Position numbers and translations under genes: made by a program
Assembly: GCA_018242085.1 (NCBI GenBank)
Contig: JAFECO010000688.1
Coordinates: 1-41,202, forward strand
Reading direction: 5' to 3'
DNA from: Pseudomonadota bacterium
GTDB taxonomy: Bacteria; Pseudomonadota; Alphaproteobacteria; Micropepsales; Micropepsaceae
DNA length: 41,202 nt
Shown here: positions 39,715 to 41,202 of the stretch, in pieces
How positions within the stretch are numbered: position 1 is the first letter of the stretch
Layout of the letters: the number at the start of each line of letters is the position of its first letter
Notes under the pieces: generated by a model
Told to the model about the DNA's origin: nothing
The model's database searches: none
Seen by the model: the letters and a program-made list of their open reading frames with translations, nothing else

Positions 39715-39795
39715 GGCTTTCTTCCCCCCATGCGGCGGAGCCGCTGATGGGGGAAGATGTCTCTGAGCGCTTGCGCGAAAGAGACAGATGGGGGC
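39715..39795 (-). repeat. Two-hairpin intergenic repeat, copy 4
   Basis: On +: CTTTCTTCCCCCC...GGCGGAGCC...GGGGGAAGATGT...GCGCTTGCGC...ACAGATGGGGGC. Confidence 0.92.
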
Positions 39796-39798
39796 TAT

Positions 39799-40608
39799 CT
39801 AGCTTCGCCTGATTTCGTACAGCGCGATCGCGGCGGCGTTGGAAACGTTGAGACTCTCCATCGCCTTATCGATGGGAATATAGGCGGCGGTATCGCAGCG
39901 CTCGCGCACCAGGCGGCGGATGCCGTCGCCTTCCGAACCCAGCACCAAGGCGATGTCGCCGCCGGATGCGGCCTGGGCCAGGGTCTGCTCGCCATCGCCC
40001 GCCAGCGCCACGCGCCAGAAGCCGGCTTCGGCCAACCGGTCGAGCGCGCGGGCGATATTCACCACTTCGACATAGGGAAGGATCTCCAAAGCGCCCGAAG
40101 CCGCTTTGGCCAGCGCGCCCGATTGCGGCGGGGCATGGCGATCCTGGACCACCACGGCACTAACGCCAAAAGCGGCGGCGGTACGAAGGATGGCGCCGAC
40201 ATTGTGCGGGTCGGAAAGCTGATCCAGCACCAGCACGATCCGGCGGCGCCCGCCCGCATCCCGTCCCAGCACCTGGTCGAGGTCGGAGGGCGGCAGGGGA
40301 TCGCAGGCGAGGGCGACGCCCTGATGGACCGCGCCGGGCGGCAGCAGTTTGGAGATGGCGTCGGCATCGGCCGGCTCCACCCGGACCCGGCTGAGCAGCT
40401 TTTCACCCAGGATTTCGGCCGCACGGGCGGTCAGGACCACCCGATGGCTCTTGCGATGGGCATTGGCCAGGGCGGCCTGGACCGCGTGAAGGCCATAGAG
40501 CCAGTTTTCCGCCCGATCCGGCCGCCGGCCCGGTGTTCGCACGGGCGATGCCGAGGGGCCCCGGCCGGGAGCGGGGCGGCGGTCTTTGCGGAAATCCTTG
40601 TGGCGCAT
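39799..40608 (-). CDS. rlmB: 23S rRNA (Gm2251) 2'-O-methyltransferase, SpoU family
   Basis: YGLHAV, HQGV, DPHNVGAILRTA, GSEGDGI, ESLNVSNA. Confidence 0.95.
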   Translation of the reverse strand: MRHKDFRKDRRPAPGRGPSASPVRTPGRRPDRAENWLYGLHAVQAALANAHRKSHRVVLTARAAEILGEKLLSRVRVEPADADAISKLLPPGAVHQGVALACDPLPPSDLDQVLGRDAGGRRRIVLVLDQLSDPHNVGAILRTAAAFGVSAVVVQDRHAPPQSGALAKAASGALEILPYVEVVNIARALDRLAEAGFWRVALAGDGEQTLAQAASGGDIALVLGSEGDGIRRLVRERCDTAAYIPIDKAMESLNVSNAAAIALYEIRRS

Positions 40609-40695
40609 GAGGGGCCTTATAGAGGACCCATGGGGGGCGGCAAGCGGGCCGTCCGGGAAGGGCGGTATTCCGCCATTTTTGCGGTATCTAAGCCC

Positions 40696-40724
40696 TTGAC
40701 ACCCAGGCCCGATTGACCAATAAC
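40696..40724 (+). promoter_or_regulatory. Putative sigma70 promoter of the tRNA-tuf operon
   Basis: TTGACA-N17-AATAAC followed by a GC-rich discriminator. Confidence 0.45.
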
Positions 40725-40845
40725 CCGCGATCCGCAGCCAACCTTTTGGAGGCATTATTTTCGCTCGTCCGGACGTTACGGACGAAGCTAGCGCGCCGGC
40801 CGGTGATTGGGTCTAACCCATTGTTCCAGTTGGAGACTTGTGATT

Positions 40846-40930
40846 GGAGGGGTGCCCGAGTGGCTAAAGGGGACGGACTGTAAATCCGTTGGCTACGCCT
40901 ACGTTGGTTCGAATCCAACCCCCTCCACCA
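40846..40930 (+). tRNA. tRNA-Tyr(GTA)
   Basis: Acceptor GGAGGGG/CCCCTCC, anticodon loop CTGTAAA, long variable arm, GTTCGAATC, encoded CCA. Confidence 0.98.
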
Positions 40931-40971
40931 TCGTCCGATGGGCGCGCGAAGACGAAGGAAGTCGAATTAAG

Positions 40972-41045
40972 GCGGGTGTAGCTCAATGGTAGAGCAACAG
41001 CCTTCCAAGCTGATGACGAGGGTTCGATTCCCTTCACCCGCTCCA
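40972..41045 (+). tRNA. tRNA-Gly(TCC)
   Basis: Acceptor GCGGGTG/CACCCGC, anticodon loop CTTCCAA, GTTCGATTC, encoded CCA. Confidence 0.98.
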
Positions 41046-41104
41046 ATGGTTTGAGGCCCGGCCCGGAAAGCCGGACATGAAAAAGAGACGAAGGATTTCA
41101 GGTT

Positions 41105-41202
41105 ATGGCGAAAGCGAAGTTTGAGCGTACGAAGCCGCACTGCAACATTGGGACGATTGGTCATGTTGATCATGGCAAGACGTCGTTGACGGCAGCGATC
41201 AC
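41105..41202 (+). CDS. tuf: Elongation factor Tu (5' part)
   Basis: [32 protein letters not shown]. Confidence 0.98.
   Translation, partial: MAKAKFERTKPHCNIGTIGHVDHGKTSLTAAI

Noticed and set aside
5498-39795. Possible CRISPR array or simple terminators from the repeated hairpins
   Set aside because: The copies are dispersed with no repeat-spacer periodicity and no cas genes. They lack U-tracts and share conserved linkers, so plain terminators do not explain them.
40846-41045. tRNAs as island integration sites
   Set aside because: No integrase or duplicated tRNA 3' end is present, and the tRNA-Tyr, tRNA-Gly, tuf order is standard.

Overview
A 41 kb GC-rich core-genome segment of an Alphaproteobacterium, judged from gene order, CtrA/EcfG-like motifs and CIR-type repeats; finer taxonomy cannot be fixed from this window. 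It is almost entirely housekeeping: MATE (partial), a GDPD, coaBC-dut-Rrf2-cysK, an esterase, topA-rnr-rpmG, ruvX-MFS-pyrB-pyrC'-plsY-dprA, gatC-GNAT-gatA-gatB, GST, a Sel1 protein, slt, dapA-smpB, udg/NYN/folK, rpoZ-rel-pyrE-pdxJ-acpS-lepB-rnc-era-recO-parC, rlmB, tRNA-Tyr, tRNA-Gly and the start of tuf. I see no transposase, integrase, phage gene or CRISPR array. The unusual content is small-scale. (1) There are four copies of an ~83 bp two-hairpin element whose stems differ between copies but keep pairing, with invariant C(GNA)G and GC(TT)GC loops. (2) A CIR-like element fills the dapA-smpB gap, and a related unit sits in frame inside the MATE gene. (3) Two unannotated microproteins are present, one 29-aa Lys-rich and one 26-aa hydrophobic behind an EcfG-type promoter. 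(4) An Rrf2 regulator ends in a CysK-docking-like DFAI tail directly upstream of cysK. All calls come from reading the sequence; no searches were run.
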